From the NCBI GenBank assembly GCA_040260805.1, contig JBDQPD010000017.1, positions 1 through 43,005 of the forward strand: 43,005 nt of DNA. The letters are read 5' to 3'. Positions within the stretch are counted from its first letter, which is position 1. Each line of letters starts with the position of its first letter. The DNA comes from Myxococcota bacterium. GTDB lineage: Bacteria > Myxococcota > UBA4151. The position numbers were made by a program, and so were the translations under genes. The notes under the pieces were generated by a model. The model was not told where the DNA came from and made no database searches. It worked only from the letters and a program-made list of their open reading frames with translations. This document shows positions 18,325 through 28,696 of the stretch, piece after piece.

Positions 18325-20247
18325 ATGCTCGATCAGATCAAGACTCCGGACGATTTGCGGGCTTTGCCGGCTCATGAACTTGACGCGCTCGCGCAAGCCG
18401 TTCGTGATGAAATCATCGAGGTGTGCGCTCGAAACGGCGGGCATTTGGGCGCTTCATTAGGCACGGTAGAGCTCTGCCTCGCGCTGCATCGTATTTTCGA
18501 GAGCCCCAAGGATGCGTTGGTCTTTGATGTGGGCCATCAGGCCTACACGCACAAGCTGCTCACCGGGCGTCAGGAGTTGTTCCAAAAGCTACGCAAGGCT
18601 GAGGGTGCGTCCGGCTTCCTCAACCGAGCAGAGTCAAAGCACGATCACTTTGGTGCGGGTCACGCATCGACCTCAATCTCGGCTGCCCTGGGTATCCTCG
18701 AAGGCAACCGGATCACTGGACATGACGGGCGCGCAGTGGCGGTCATCGGTGATGGAGCCATGACCGGCGGCCTTGCCTTTGAAGCGCTCTTCAACGCCGG
18801 CAATCTCGATTCAGGTTTGATCGTCGTCCTCAACGACAACGACATGAGCATCGCACCTAACGTTGGGGCGATGAGCAGCTGGCTGAGCCGAAAGCTGACC
18901 ATCGGCGACACCTATCTTGGCGTCAAAGAGGGCATCAAAGGCGTGCTTGCGAACATCCCGCAGGGCGATCGCATCAAGTCGATGCTCAAACACACCATGG
19001 AGAGCACCAAAGCGATGCTCACGCCGGGGATCCTCTTTGAGGGCTTAGGCTTTGCCTACATCGGCCCAGTCGATGGGCACGACATCGCCGCCATGGAAGA
19101 GGTTTTTGAGCGGGTACGTCAGCTTGACGAGCCGGTCTTAGTTCACGTCATGACGACCAAGGGTAAAGGGTACGCGCCCGCGGAGCGTGATCGTCTGTGC
19201 ATGCACGGTGTGGGCGCGTTTGAGCGTGATGAGAATGGTGACCCGGTCAACGCCCCCTCAAAGAGTGGATTACCTAAATACCAAGACGTCTTCGCTACGG
19301 CGATGATCTCCGAAGCCGAGCGTGACCCCAGAGTGGTGGCGATCACCGCGGCGATGCCAGACGGCACCTCGCTGGGTAAGTTCGGTAAGGTCTTCGCTGA
19401 TCGATTCTACGACGTCGGCATCGCCGAAGGGCACGGCGTGACCTTTGCGGCGGGGCTTGCAGCGGCTGGAGCTCGCCCGGTCTGCGGCATTTATTCGACC
19501 TTTCTGCAGCGAGCTATTGATTCGATTATTCACGACGTGGCGCTGCAAGAGCTGCCCGTGGTTTTCGCCATGGACCGAGCCGGTTTGGTGGGCGCTGACG
19601 GCGCCACCCATCAGGGCGTCTTTGATATCACCTATCTGCGCATGATCCCGAACATGGTCTGCATGGCGCCGAGTGACGAAAATGAGCTCGGCGGGGCTTT
19701 AGCGACTGCGCTGAGCGTCGATGGACCTTCAGCCTTTCGCTTCCCTAGAGGCACGGGAACGGGCGTCGCCATCGACTCGCACCCTGAGCCCTGGCCCCTC
19801 GGCAAAGCGCGCTGGCTCAAAGCGAGCGATGAGGCGAGCGTGAGCTTGTTGGTCCTTGGGCCGATGCTGGCAGAAGCCGAGGCTGCCGCCGAGTTACTGG
19901 CTGGCCAAGGAGTGACCGCAAACGTCTTGGATATGCGCTTCATCAAGCCGATTGATGAAGAGGCGATCTTGTCGCTCGCAAGCCAGCCCTCGATGAGTTT
20001 TATTACCCTCGAAGAGGGCGTCCTCGCCGGTGGGTTTGGCGCTGCAGTGCTCGAGCTGCTCAGCGACCATCAACTCAGCAACTCGGTGGTTCGACTCGGA
20101 ATACCCGATCAGTTTATCGAACATGGCAACGTAACGGCGCAATACGCCGAGATGGGTCTAGACCGTCAGGGTATCGTCAAGGCGGCGCTCAAACTGGCAC
20201 CCACGACAGAGAACCCTGCTCGTCGTTCCCGTGAGCTGGCACACTGA
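18325..20247 (+). CDS. dxs: 1-deoxy-D-xylulose-5-phosphate synthase
   Basis: GGHLGASLG, DVGHQAY.HK, GDGAMTGG, DVGIAE, YSTFLQRA, DRAGLVGADGATH. Confidence 0.97.
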   Translation: MLDQIKTPDDLRALPAHELDALAQAVRDEIIEVCARNGGHLGASLGTVELCLALHRIFESPKDALVFDVGHQAYTHKLLTGRQELFQKLRKAEGASGFLNRAESKHDHFGAGHASTSISAALGILEGNRITGHDGRAVAVIGDGAMTGGLAFEALFNAGNLDSGLIVVLNDNDMSIAPNVGAMSSWLSRKLTIGDTYLGVKEGIKGVLANIPQGDRIKSMLKHTMESTKAMLTPGILFEGLGFAYIGPVDGHDIAAMEEVFERVRQLDEPVLVHVMTTKGKGYAPAERDRLCMHGVGAFERDENGDPVNAPSKSGLPKYQDVFATAMISEAERDPRVVAITAAMPDGTSLGKFGKVFADRFYDVGIAEGHGVTFAAGLAAAGARPVCGIYSTFLQRAIDSIIHDVALQELPVVFAMDRAGLVGADGATHQGVFDITYLRMIPNMVCMAPSDENELGGALATALSVDGPSAFRFPRGTGTGVAIDSHPEPWPLGKARWLKASDEASVSLLVLGPMLAEAEAAAELLAGQGVTANVLDMRFIKPIDEEAILSLASQPSMSFITLEEGVLAGGFGAAVLELLSDHQLSNSVVRLGIPDQFIEHGNVTAQYAEMGLDRQGIVKAALKLAPTTENPARRSRELAH

Positions 20248-20513
20248 TTCGTATCGGTCTCGTCGCCGCCTGCGCGGTTCTGATCGGCGCTTGTCAAACG
20301 ACAAAGCCGGCGGCCCTTGTGCAACCAGTGAAGCAAAAGGTTCCTCCTAGCGTCTCCTTTAGTGCCCCCTTGGTTCGTGTAGCGAAGGCTCGCTTCGCTG
20401 CGCAGCTTGGGGATCTCAAGCGCGCCAAACGCGAGCTTGGGCTTGCAGCGGATCAGGCTGGCGATGACGCCTACCTAAACGCTGCCTGGCAGGCGATTAA
20501 GGAGGGCCAATGA
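20244..20513 (+). CDS. Small lipoprotein (89 aa) with probable CTG start
   Basis: Extending ORF 20319-20513 upstream in frame gives (M)IRIGLVAACAVLIGA-CQTTK, a signal peptide II with lipobox. There is an in-frame stop at 20232, and CTGA overlaps the dxs stop. Confidence 0.6.
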   Translation: MIRIGLVAACAVLIGACQTTKPAALVQPVKQKVPPSVSFSAPLVRVAKARFAAQLGDLKRAKRELGLAADQAGDDAYLNAAWQAIKEGQ

Positions 20514-21226
20514 CTCGAATTCTCATGCTGACCATCTCGATGGCTTTGGTGAGTTCATGCGCCACCTGGAAAGCACCAAAGGCGGCCCAGCCTGGGGCGC
20601 TTAAGTCGGCAGAACTCAAGGCACCGGACTTCTTCTTCTCGACCCTAAGCGCGACCTATTTTGGAGGCCAAGGCCGGCTCAAAGGCGAGCTGGGGCTGAT
20701 CATCTCTGCTCCCGATCAACTGCTGCTTGAAGTCAGAGGCCCAGGCGGCTCTCCCGTCTCGACCTTTGCGTGCAACGGAGAGACGGTGTCTCTTTTTGAG
20801 ATGGAAGGACCTCGGTTCTATACGGGACCAGCCAATCCCCTCACCATGAGTCGTCTGCTTCCGTTGCCCGTAGAGCCTGAGATTGCGGTGGACCTGCTGC
20901 GCGGCAAGTTACCGATGCCAGAGACCGAGACGACCTACCGGACCAAGGGCTCAGCCCAGCAACTATCGGGTGAGCACCCAACGCTTGGACGTCTTCGTGT
21001 GACCCGCTTTAGCCCGAAACATTGGCAATGGGAGCTTCCGGACGAAGACCTCAAACTGACCCTCAAAGATCCAACCAGCCGCGGCGTTTTTCGCGAGATT
21101 GTGATCAAGACGGCGGAGGATGAAGTCGCGCTGCGGATGCAGGACCTTGAATCGAACGGCGAGCCTCCAAGCCCGGAACTGTTTAGCCTCGAACCCCCAC
21201 CCGGTGTCGCCGTTCAGCCCCTCTAA
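20510..21226 (+). CDS. Outer-membrane lipoprotein, LolB/DUF4292-like fold
   Basis: Lipobox LVSSC; beta-strand pattern (PDQLLLEVRGPGGSPV...), ends in ELFSLEPPPGVAVQPL. Fold is an inference. Confidence 0.6.
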   Translation: MTRILMLTISMALVSSCATWKAPKAAQPGALKSAELKAPDFFFSTLSATYFGGQGRLKGELGLIISAPDQLLLEVRGPGGSPVSTFACNGETVSLFEMEGPRFYTGPANPLTMSRLLPLPVEPEIAVDLLRGKLPMPETETTYRTKGSAQQLSGEHPTLGRLRVTRFSPKHWQWELPDEDLKLTLKDPTSRGVFREIVIKTAEDEVALRMQDLESNGEPPSPELFSLEPPPGVAVQPL

Positions 21227-21329
21227 GAAGACTCCGCTTCTCGCAGTCAAACTCGTTCTAGGGGGTGAGGATCTTCATGCGAACCAGTCGCTCGCGCGAC
21301 GCGTCGGGATGACTCGGGGCGCTGCCGAG

Positions 21330-21629
21330 CTACTCGCGAACCGTTGCCGCTAAGAGCAGCCGAGCGAAGGTTCTCCACGCCGCCCGTTCTGAACCGCCAC
21401 GAAACGCCTTGAGGTCGTCAGAGGCTCCGCTCAAACCGCTAAGAAACTGCTCGAGGTCATCGTTGGACCATTCGTCTTCCGCGTCGTGATAATCGCTGCG
21501 AAGCTCACGCACGAAGGCGCTAAACGAAGCCAAATCATGGACTCGATCGACTTCAACATCGAGGTCGTAGGGCGGCACGGTCTCGCGTGGCAACGAGATC
21601 AAGCGCAACTGAGGCGAACGACGAGCCAT
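21330..21629 (-). CDS. Small acidic conserved hypothetical protein
   Basis: V..LASF.AFV.EL..D......EWSN.DLEQFL.......AWRTFARLLLAATV.E resembles a widespread small helical family; GGAG RBS upstream. Confidence 0.65.
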   Translation of the reverse strand: MARRSPQLRLISLPRETVPPYDLDVEVDRVHDLASFSAFVRELRSDYHDAEDEWSNDDLEQFLSGLSGASDDLKAFRGGSERAAWRTFARLLLAATVRE

Positions 21630-21690
21630 AAAAGGCGGACTCCTTAACGTCGTGTGGACTTATCGGCCCACCCAGCGGCCAGCAAATCTT

Positions 21691-22398
21691 TTACGGTTTT
21701 CTAAGCACTAGATCGTAGAAGGAGCCTACGGAGGCCAGCGGCCTGGCGAGTCCACGCTCAAGGCTCTGCAGTGCGCCACCAAGCACTGGAATCTTATGCA
21801 TGACCGGCAAGGGGGTGATGACTCGTAATCCGTACGATTCGACGGCTTCCATATCCTCAGGGAAATAAGCGCGAGCCTGCCTCGGCGTGTCAAAGCGGAC
21901 ATAAACGTCACGCTCAGATTGACCATCCGAACCCGTTTTACCGCCTCGTTTCAAACTCCAAATAGCGCCTCGAACCGAGCGTGGGTTGTAAAACTCGGCG
22001 ATCGCTAGTCCGCCTGGCTTGAGCACACGATGCATCTCTAAAGCGGCGCTTCGTATGCCTTGAACATGGGCGAGCACTTTAAAACTGCACACCATGTCAA
22101 AGGACTCGTCTTCAAAGGGAAGCTCTTCGGCGCTGCTTTGCTCAACCGTCAGCCCGCGAGCGCGGGCGTGCTCGAGCATGCCCTCACTCAGATCGACACC
22201 CACCACCTGATCGAAGTCACGCCGGAGACGATCCAGGATCAAGCCGGTTCCGCAGCCGACCTCAAGTAAGCGACCGCCTCGAGCATGCCGCCTGACCAGG
22301 TTGGCTTGAGCGTCATCAAGCCAGGCGTGATAGCCCCCACCGCGCCGGTCCTCGTAGGTCTTGGCGAACTCGTCATAATAACTGGCATTATCTTTCAC
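21691..22398 (-). CDS. Class I SAM-dependent methyltransferase
   Basis: LLEVGCGTG, VDLSEGML, LPFEDESFD, RVLKPGG. Confidence 0.92.
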   Translation of the reverse strand: MKDNASYYDEFAKTYEDRRGGGYHAWLDDAQANLVRRHARGGRLLEVGCGTGLILDRLRRDFDQVVGVDLSEGMLEHARARGLTVEQSSAEELPFEDESFDMVCSFKVLAHVQGIRSAALEMHRVLKPGGLAIAEFYNPRSVRGAIWSLKRGGKTGSDGQSERDVYVRFDTPRQARAYFPEDMEAVESYGLRVITPLPVMHKIPVLGGALQSLERGLARPLASVGSFYDLVLRKP

Positions 22399-25055
22399 GG
22401 CTTCGCTCTTTCTTGCTCGGCTGCTTTTGGCGCCTTCTTAGCTTCTTCGTCGCGCTGCTTTTGCTCACGCTTCTTTCGGTCGCGTTCGACCGCCCACGGC
22501 ATCGGTCGGATCATCTGATCGTCAGCTAGAACGGCTCGGGTCCCTGACTTGGTCAAATTAAGCGATCCATCTGGCGAGGGTTGTAGACGCTTATCCCCGG
22601 CATAGAAACCCAATGAAAGCGACCAGCGAGCCGGAGGAAACTTCGACATCGTCCCTAAAATGACCGGATCTTTGATGATCACACCCGGCGGCCACTGGTT
22701 GGTGGGAAAATAGCTGCGCCCGGGGAAGTGGTCTTTGTTCATGGGTCGCGGACCCTTAAGGCCGAAAGCCACCTTCCATGAAGTCTCCATCCGCCTGAGC
22801 GCCCGGAGATAAAGCGTCGCTACATGCTGAGGCTGATCGGGACTCCCGCCTTGTTCGAACTGATAGCCGATCAATTCAATGGCGTCACCAAAGCGCACGG
22901 GCTTTTCGAGGAGCGCATCGCTCGGCACCTCATCCGCAATCAGCTCACGCACTTGTTGTCCACGGCGAACAAAGGTTCCGCCACGGTTCATCAGCTGCAA
23001 AAGCTGCTCGCGCAATTTGGCGACCTGCTCGGGCTTAGCGTCAGCTAAGTTGTTCACCTCGCCGCGGTCGAGTCGGGCGTTGAACAGCTCGTACCGGTTC
23101 TGATCTAAGTGATAAAACAAACGCCAATCTTGGGTGGTCACCGTAAAATGCTGGCCCCGGCGATAACTTTCAGTCAGGACGGCTCGCTGCGGACTCTCGG
23201 GCCCGCCGCGCAGCTGACCGAGCAAACTGTAACCTGCGCTCGGACGAGGCTGCACACCAGCCAGGTTCATCAAGGTCGGCGCCACATCAACTAAACTCAC
23301 GGCGCCGCCAATCCGGCGCGGCTGAAGCCCCTCACCCCGCCAGGCTAAGACGACGCGGGTCTCATGACGGTGCATATTGAACCCATGCCCAAACCTTCCC
23401 TTCTCGCCTAAACTCTCGCCATGATCCGAGACCAAGGCGACCGTCGTTTTAGGCTGCTCGCCGAGCTCGTTGAGCAAATCACCAAGATGATGATCCATGA
23501 AGGCGATTGAGCTGGCGTAGCGGGCACGCGTCGAGCGACCGAAATTCGGCTCGAGCCCATGAAAGTAAGGGTCATGCGGATCAAAGTAATGAAGCCATAA
23601 GAAGCGCTTTCCACTCGGGTGGTCGGCCAGCCACTGACGCGCAGCCGCCGTGACCTTATCCGCAGTATCCAAGCTGCGCGTGGTGATAACTTGAGACTGA
23701 TCAAACCCCTGATTGAAGGCGTTTTGACGGATATCAAACCCCGAAACAATCGCCCCGGTTTGATAACCCGCCTTCTTCAAGGTCTCAGCTAAAGTCTCGA
23801 CCGAAGCCGGTAACTTGACCGTCGGCGAAGAGACTCGCTCTTCAAACAGGTTGCCAATGTATCCTGGCATCTGCCCCATGCCCAAGCCCGTCAATAAGCT
23901 CGGAATGGCGATGGTCGTATAAGGTCCCGTCGTGTACGCCGAGTCAAAGATCACAGCTTGCTTCGCCCAGCGATCAATTTTCGGTGAGGTCGGAAATTTT
24001 GAATAGCCGTACATTCCCATGAAATCAGGACGCAGCGCATCGACCGAGACCAGCACCAAGAGCTCAGGCTCTTTGTCTTTGACCTGCGGTACAAAGCGCG
24101 GCGTCAGATCCTGGCCCTTTTGGCTGCTCAGTAGATCACCGGCGAAGCAGTCTTGATCAATTCCGTCGTCGGGAAAATCGATCGCCCCGGGAAAGGTCAT
24201 CGGGTCCAGCGGGCCACAATCACCGCCACCGAACCAGCTGCTGACGCCATCCCCATCAAAGTCGATGCGTGCCCTGAGCTGCTCGGCGACGACGCTCGAT
24301 AAGGCGAAGGTGCCGCTTAAGCTGCTCGCGATCACTGGGGAGCGACCAAATCCCAACACCAAGGTCAGCATGAAACCAACCGATGCAAGCACCGCCAAGC
24401 CAGACGCCGTGCGAAGACGATGAGCAAACACTGCGATCGCGCACGATAAGACCGAGATCAGGCCCAGCGCAAAGATCGGCCAAGGGTCGATCTCTTTGAA
24501 GATCAGATCACGTTGCCACCAAAGTGCGAGGTAAAAGACAAAGCCCAAAACGGCTGCAGCGACGACCAAATAGGCAGGGCTTATCCGTCGCGGTCCACCC
24601 CAAGGCCTGACCGCAAGAGCCAACCGCCGACCGAGCAAAAGACCGACCAGCCAACAGGCGATCATCCCCAGCGCTTGGACCGCAGCGGCATACATCGGCG
24701 TTGCGATCGCGCCCTTGAGACTTCCGGGCACCTTCATGGCCAACAAGCCACCGACCAAAGCACCCAGCGCATAGGCGAGAAGAGCTAAGGCTTCCCCAGC
24801 CTGTCCAGGATCAGCACGCTGCGCCCAAAGCCGCTCAATATAGCGGTCTAACTGCGCCCCTCTAGGCAGCGCCACCAGCGCGCCAAACACTGCGCAAACC
24901 ATCATCAACTGGATCAAGCCTAGGGCGACCAAAGCGCCTAGCCAGCCGCCTTGTGGCCAGCCTTCCCGCCCAATCCCTATGCCGATCTCAATCAACCAAA
25001 TCGGCGCTGCGACGAACAGAGCTAGCGAGACCGCAGATCGGAGGCGCTGCATCAT
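22395..25055 (-). CDS. Membrane-anchored sulfatase-like hydrolase/transferase (copy 2)
   Basis: N-terminal multi-TM region, DCGPLDP..FPGAIDFPDDGIDQDC motif, SVDALRPD, WLHYFDPHDPY, SDHGE, C-terminal beta domain. Confidence 0.85.
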   Translation of the reverse strand: MMQRLRSAVSLALFVAAPIWLIEIGIGIGREGWPQGGWLGALVALGLIQLMMVCAVFGALVALPRGAQLDRYIERLWAQRADPGQAGEALALLAYALGALVGGLLAMKVPGSLKGAIATPMYAAAVQALGMIACWLVGLLLGRRLALAVRPWGGPRRISPAYLVVAAAVLGFVFYLALWWQRDLIFKEIDPWPIFALGLISVLSCAIAVFAHRLRTASGLAVLASVGFMLTLVLGFGRSPVIASSLSGTFALSSVVAEQLRARIDFDGDGVSSWFGGGDCGPLDPMTFPGAIDFPDDGIDQDCFAGDLLSSQKGQDLTPRFVPQVKDKEPELLVLVSVDALRPDFMGMYGYSKFPTSPKIDRWAKQAVIFDSAYTTGPYTTIAIPSLLTGLGMGQMPGYIGNLFEERVSSPTVKLPASVETLAETLKKAGYQTGAIVSGFDIRQNAFNQGFDQSQVITTRSLDTADKVTAAARQWLADHPSGKRFLWLHYFDPHDPYFHGLEPNFGRSTRARYASSIAFMDHHLGDLLNELGEQPKTTVALVSDHGESLGEKGRFGHGFNMHRHETRVVLAWRGEGLQPRRIGGAVSLVDVAPTLMNLAGVQPRPSAGYSLLGQLRGGPESPQRAVLTESYRRGQHFTVTTQDWRLFYHLDQNRYELFNARLDRGEVNNLADAKPEQVAKLREQLLQLMNRGGTFVRRGQQVRELIADEVPSDALLEKPVRFGDAIELIGYQFEQGGSPDQPQHVATLYLRALRRMETSWKVAFGLKGPRPMNKDHFPGRSYFPTNQWPPGVIIKDPVILGTMSKFPPARWSLSLGFYAGDKRLQPSPDGSLNLTKSGTRAVLADDQMIRPMPWAVERDRKKREQKQRDEEAKKAPKAAEQERAKP

Positions 25056-27631
25056 GGCTTTGCCTTCTCGGAACGAAAGCGTCCCCAGATGAGAGGTTTC
25101 ACGCTTTTGAGTTCACGAATGATCACCCGGGTGCCGCGTTCATTTTGTTTGAGGTCACCGGGCGCAGGTAAGAGTTTATCTTTACCCTCGTACACGCCCA
25201 AGCTGATCGAGCGGTCGCGCAAGCCCAATTTATCTAAACGCCCAACGACCACTTGATCTTCGATGACCTGGCCGACCGGCCACTGATGCGTCGGATAAGA
25301 ACCCCGACCGGGGACATAACCGTAGCCGGGTGTGTGATCTCGGTTGATCGATTTCCGCCCCGAACGGATCCCAACTGCGATCCGCCACGAGCGCTCCATT
25401 TTCTTGATCGCCCGCCAGTATAAACTCAGAACATATTCGGGTTTATCCTCAGTCTTACCACCGACAAACCAGCGCGCTCCGACCAGTTCGAGGGCGTCGC
25501 CGAATCGCTGTGGCTTAGCTAAGCGAACACCCGGCGGCAGCGCTCGAGGCATCATACGCTGTACGGTCAAACCACGTCGCAACAAGACACCCTGAGCGAG
25601 GTGATCGTAGAGTTGACGCTCGAGCGCTTCATCCACGCGAGCGTCCTCACCGTGCAGGTCGCTAAGTTCGTTCGGGTCTGACTCGATATCGTAGCGCTCG
25701 TAGCGGCCCTCGTCTTGGACATAGATCAAGCGCTGCGTTGCGGTGGAGAGACCATAGAGCTGACCCTTTCGATAGCTCTCGGTCAAAACCCCTCGCTCTA
25801 AGTCCGACGGCTCTCCGAGCAACTGAGGCACCAAACTTTGACCAAAACCTGGCGCCTTTTGCGCTCCGGCTAGCTGGACCAAGGTGGGGAGCACATCGAT
25901 GATGCTCACAGCGCCCCGATGTCGCGCAGCCTTCGCGCCGCCCCATCGAATGATCATCGGGATGTGCGCATTCTCACGATAGATGTTGTGCCCATGGTTG
26001 GTGGCGCCGTGTTCTCCAAATGCCTCACCGTGATCTGAAACCAGCACGACCACGGTATCAGGATCGGAGGACAGCTCCTCTAAAAGTGGTCCGAGATAGC
26101 GATCCATATAAGCGATACTTGCATCGTACCGATCGACCGCTCGACCACCGAAGTCAAAATCAGCGTGACGCTGGTAAGGGTCGTGAGGATCGAAGTAATG
26201 AAGCCATAAGAAGCCCTTTCGATCGCCAAGTTTCTTGAGCCAATGCCTGGCATATTTGGTCACTCGGTCGGCGGTGTCATTCTTGGCTTTGGTCACGACC
26301 AATAATTTGTCGATGCCTTGAGCAAAGCCGTTAGCCTTTGGATCCAAGCCGCTGGTCACCGCGCCGGTTCGGTAGCCGAGCTTCCTGATCAACTCAGGCA
26401 GGGTCTCGAGCTCGTCCGCTAATCGGTAGCTGCCCTTCTCTGCGATGTAGTTGGGGATCTGAGAGATCCCACGTGCGGTCAGAAGCCCAGGGAGCGCAGC
26501 GATCGTATAGGGACCGCTGGTGTACGCGTTCTCAAAAACTACGGCTTGCTCTGCCCACCGGTCAATTTGCGGCGACGTCGGTTTGCGGCGGTAGCCATAA
26601 ACCCCAAGATGGTCTGGCCGAAGCGCATCAATCGACACCATAATAATCCTTTTGGGGCGTCGAATATTACCCACCGCCGGCAGCTCACTTTGGCGGCCAA
26701 CCATGACCTGAGCGCTGTTCAAGTCTCCGCGGTAACAATCTTGATCGATACCATCGTCGGGCAGATCAACAGCTCCCGGGAAGATTCTTGGGTCAAAGGG
26801 CGCGCAATCGCTCGCTCCAAAATGACTGGCGACACCGTCCCTGTCCCAATCGGTGACCTTATCGATCACCCGAACCATCAGCCCGCTCGCGGGCGCGCCG
26901 CGACGGACCATGGGCGCTACACTGGCTTGAGCGCCGAGTAACCACAAAACACCCAAGGTGATCGCCGACAGCGCAACGACGCGAGGACGCTTAACCGACA
27001 GCGCTGGACGCTGAGCGAACAGCGCGCCGGCGAGATGTGCGATCGACACCACGCCCAGGACCGGATGAATTTCTTTAAAGAAGAGGTCTCGCCATACCCA
27101 CAGCAGCGTATAGCCGATGATACCTATGGAGCCGACGGCAACCAACAATCGAAAGCGAGTCAGTGGCCCCCGAAAGGGCAGCTTCTCAAGTTCAAAGCCG
27201 ACCCGCCAGGCAGCGAGTGCTCCGACCGCAAAGACACCAACGACAGCGACCGTCTGTAAAATATGTTCATAAAGGGCCGTCGCAAAACGCCCCTGAAGCA
27301 GCGTGATGATATAGCCCGCAACCGCCCAGCTGATCAGACCAGCGAGCACCCAGACGATCAGAGCGAGCGCTTTACCAAGCTCTCCCTCGGCGCCAGAACC
27401 CCGATCACGCCACTGCGACCACGTCCGAGCGAACCCTTGACCGAGATCGGGAACCAGTCCGTGCACCCATAAGGTCAAGCTCACCGCAACCACTTGGTGC
27501 AGCGCAATGACCACCAACAAACCGAGCAGCTGGCGAAACGAGAAACCGACCGCAGCCATTCCATACAGCCCGTCGAGGAGCCCGCAGACCAGACCCACCA
27601 TCAGCGCTTTTTCAATTCGTGTCATCATCAA
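25052..27631 (-). CDS. Membrane-anchored sulfatase-like hydrolase/transferase (copy 1)
   Basis: Same architecture as its neighbour: SIDALRPD, WLHYFDPHDPY, SDHGEAFGEHG. Confidence 0.85.
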   Translation of the reverse strand: MMMTRIEKALMVGLVCGLLDGLYGMAAVGFSFRQLLGLLVVIALHQVVAVSLTLWVHGLVPDLGQGFARTWSQWRDRGSGAEGELGKALALIVWVLAGLISWAVAGYIITLLQGRFATALYEHILQTVAVVGVFAVGALAAWRVGFELEKLPFRGPLTRFRLLVAVGSIGIIGYTLLWVWRDLFFKEIHPVLGVVSIAHLAGALFAQRPALSVKRPRVVALSAITLGVLWLLGAQASVAPMVRRGAPASGLMVRVIDKVTDWDRDGVASHFGASDCAPFDPRIFPGAVDLPDDGIDQDCYRGDLNSAQVMVGRQSELPAVGNIRRPKRIIMVSIDALRPDHLGVYGYRRKPTSPQIDRWAEQAVVFENAYTSGPYTIAALPGLLTARGISQIPNYIAEKGSYRLADELETLPELIRKLGYRTGAVTSGLDPKANGFAQGIDKLLVVTKAKNDTADRVTKYARHWLKKLGDRKGFLWLHYFDPHDPYQRHADFDFGGRAVDRYDASIAYMDRYLGPLLEELSSDPDTVVVLVSDHGEAFGEHGATNHGHNIYRENAHIPMIIRWGGAKAARHRGAVSIIDVLPTLVQLAGAQKAPGFGQSLVPQLLGEPSDLERGVLTESYRKGQLYGLSTATQRLIYVQDEGRYERYDIESDPNELSDLHGEDARVDEALERQLYDHLAQGVLLRRGLTVQRMMPRALPPGVRLAKPQRFGDALELVGARWFVGGKTEDKPEYVLSLYWRAIKKMERSWRIAVGIRSGRKSINRDHTPGYGYVPGRGSYPTHQWPVGQVIEDQVVVGRLDKLGLRDRSISLGVYEGKDKLLPAPGDLKQNERGTRVIIRELKSVKPLIWGRFRSEKAKP

Positions 27632-28692
27632 CCAATACCCAGATGCTGGTACACTTGTCGGTACCCTTCGGCCAGCCGTTTGGGCGTAAAGCGCTGCTCA
27701 TACAGTGCGCAGCTTTGTGCGGGGTCTAAACCGATCACTCGCTCGAGCTCTGCGGCTAAGGCTTTGGGATCATCAACAGGCGCATGGCCGAGCACCGGCG
27801 AATCCAGCTCAGCGATCGGGCTCGCCTGAGCAACGACTGCCGGCACCCCCGCCGCAAAGCCCTCAAGCAAAACCAACGGCCAGTCCATCTTGCCCGTCAG
27901 ATCGGTCGCAGGAAGGAACTGCGCCTTCGCAGCGCTGACCAAGTCACCGATCCAATCGATTTGACCTAGGACATGGACAGGCCGACCACCCGATACGCTG
28001 AGCTGCTGCTCAAGCGCATCTTTGCGCGCTCGGTCTGCGTCGGTCTTCGTCCGGCAAGCGATCACCAGAGACAACCCATCAGGGAGATGACTGATCGTCT
28101 CAACGACCGCTTGAACCCCACCACCAGGGCGCAAATCACCAGCAAACAAAACGTAATCACCAAAGCGCTCACGGCATTGGTCGCGGCCCTCTTTGGTGCT
28201 CTGCAAAGGCAGGACAGCAGGCTCGATGACCACCGAATCAAAGCCCTCATCAGCCAAGCGTCGCTGCGCCCAAGGCGAGACCACCACGTTCTGGTCAGCA
28301 AAGAGCCCCGGACCGATCGGCGCCCCAACCGCAGGAAGCGAGCACAGGGTGTGAACTGCCGGCAAACGGCACACCCGGGCAGCCCAGCGTGCGGCCATTG
28401 CCGTTCGGGGGTTGGGCGCGAAAAAGAAATGCCGGGCTTGCTCACCGCGCCGCCGAAACAAGCGCATCAAAACCGGGAGATTCTGGCGAATACCTGGCGC
28501 AAAGGCGCCAGCGTCCGAATAAATGCGCTCCTCAGTGAGGCCGCGAAATCCGCTAGGCGTGCTCCCCACCATGACCCGAAGGTTGCCCAAATCGCCGCGC
28601 TCAAGAAGACCTTGGACCAGCGCGCGAGCGAGCCCGCTCGAGCTGTCATGCCAGGGCGGCGCAAAGGGTTTGGTCACAAAGAGCAGCGAAAC
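27628..28692 (-). CDS. Glycosyltransferase, GT4-like (start uncertain: 28692, 28686 or 28677)
   Basis: LFVTKPFAPPWHD N-terminus; PLVLLEGFAAGVPAVV; DDPKALA. Confidence 0.8.
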   Translation of the reverse strand, partial: VSLLFVTKPFAPPWHDSSSGLARALVQGLLERGDLGNLRVMVGSTPSGFRGLTEERIYSDAGAFAPGIRQNLPVLMRLFRRRGEQARHFFFAPNPRTAMAARWAARVCRLPAVHTLCSLPAVGAPIGPGLFADQNVVVSPWAQRRLADEGFDSVVIEPAVLPLQSTKEGRDQCRERFGDYVLFAGDLRPGGGVQAVVETISHLPDGLSLVIACRTKTDADRARKDALEQQLSVSGGRPVHVLGQIDWIGDLVSAAKAQFLPATDLTGKMDWPLVLLEGFAAGVPAVVAQASPIAELDSPVLGHAPVDDPKALAAELERVIGLDPAQSCALYEQRFTPKRLAEGYRQVYQHLGIG

Positions 28693-28696
28693 GGTT

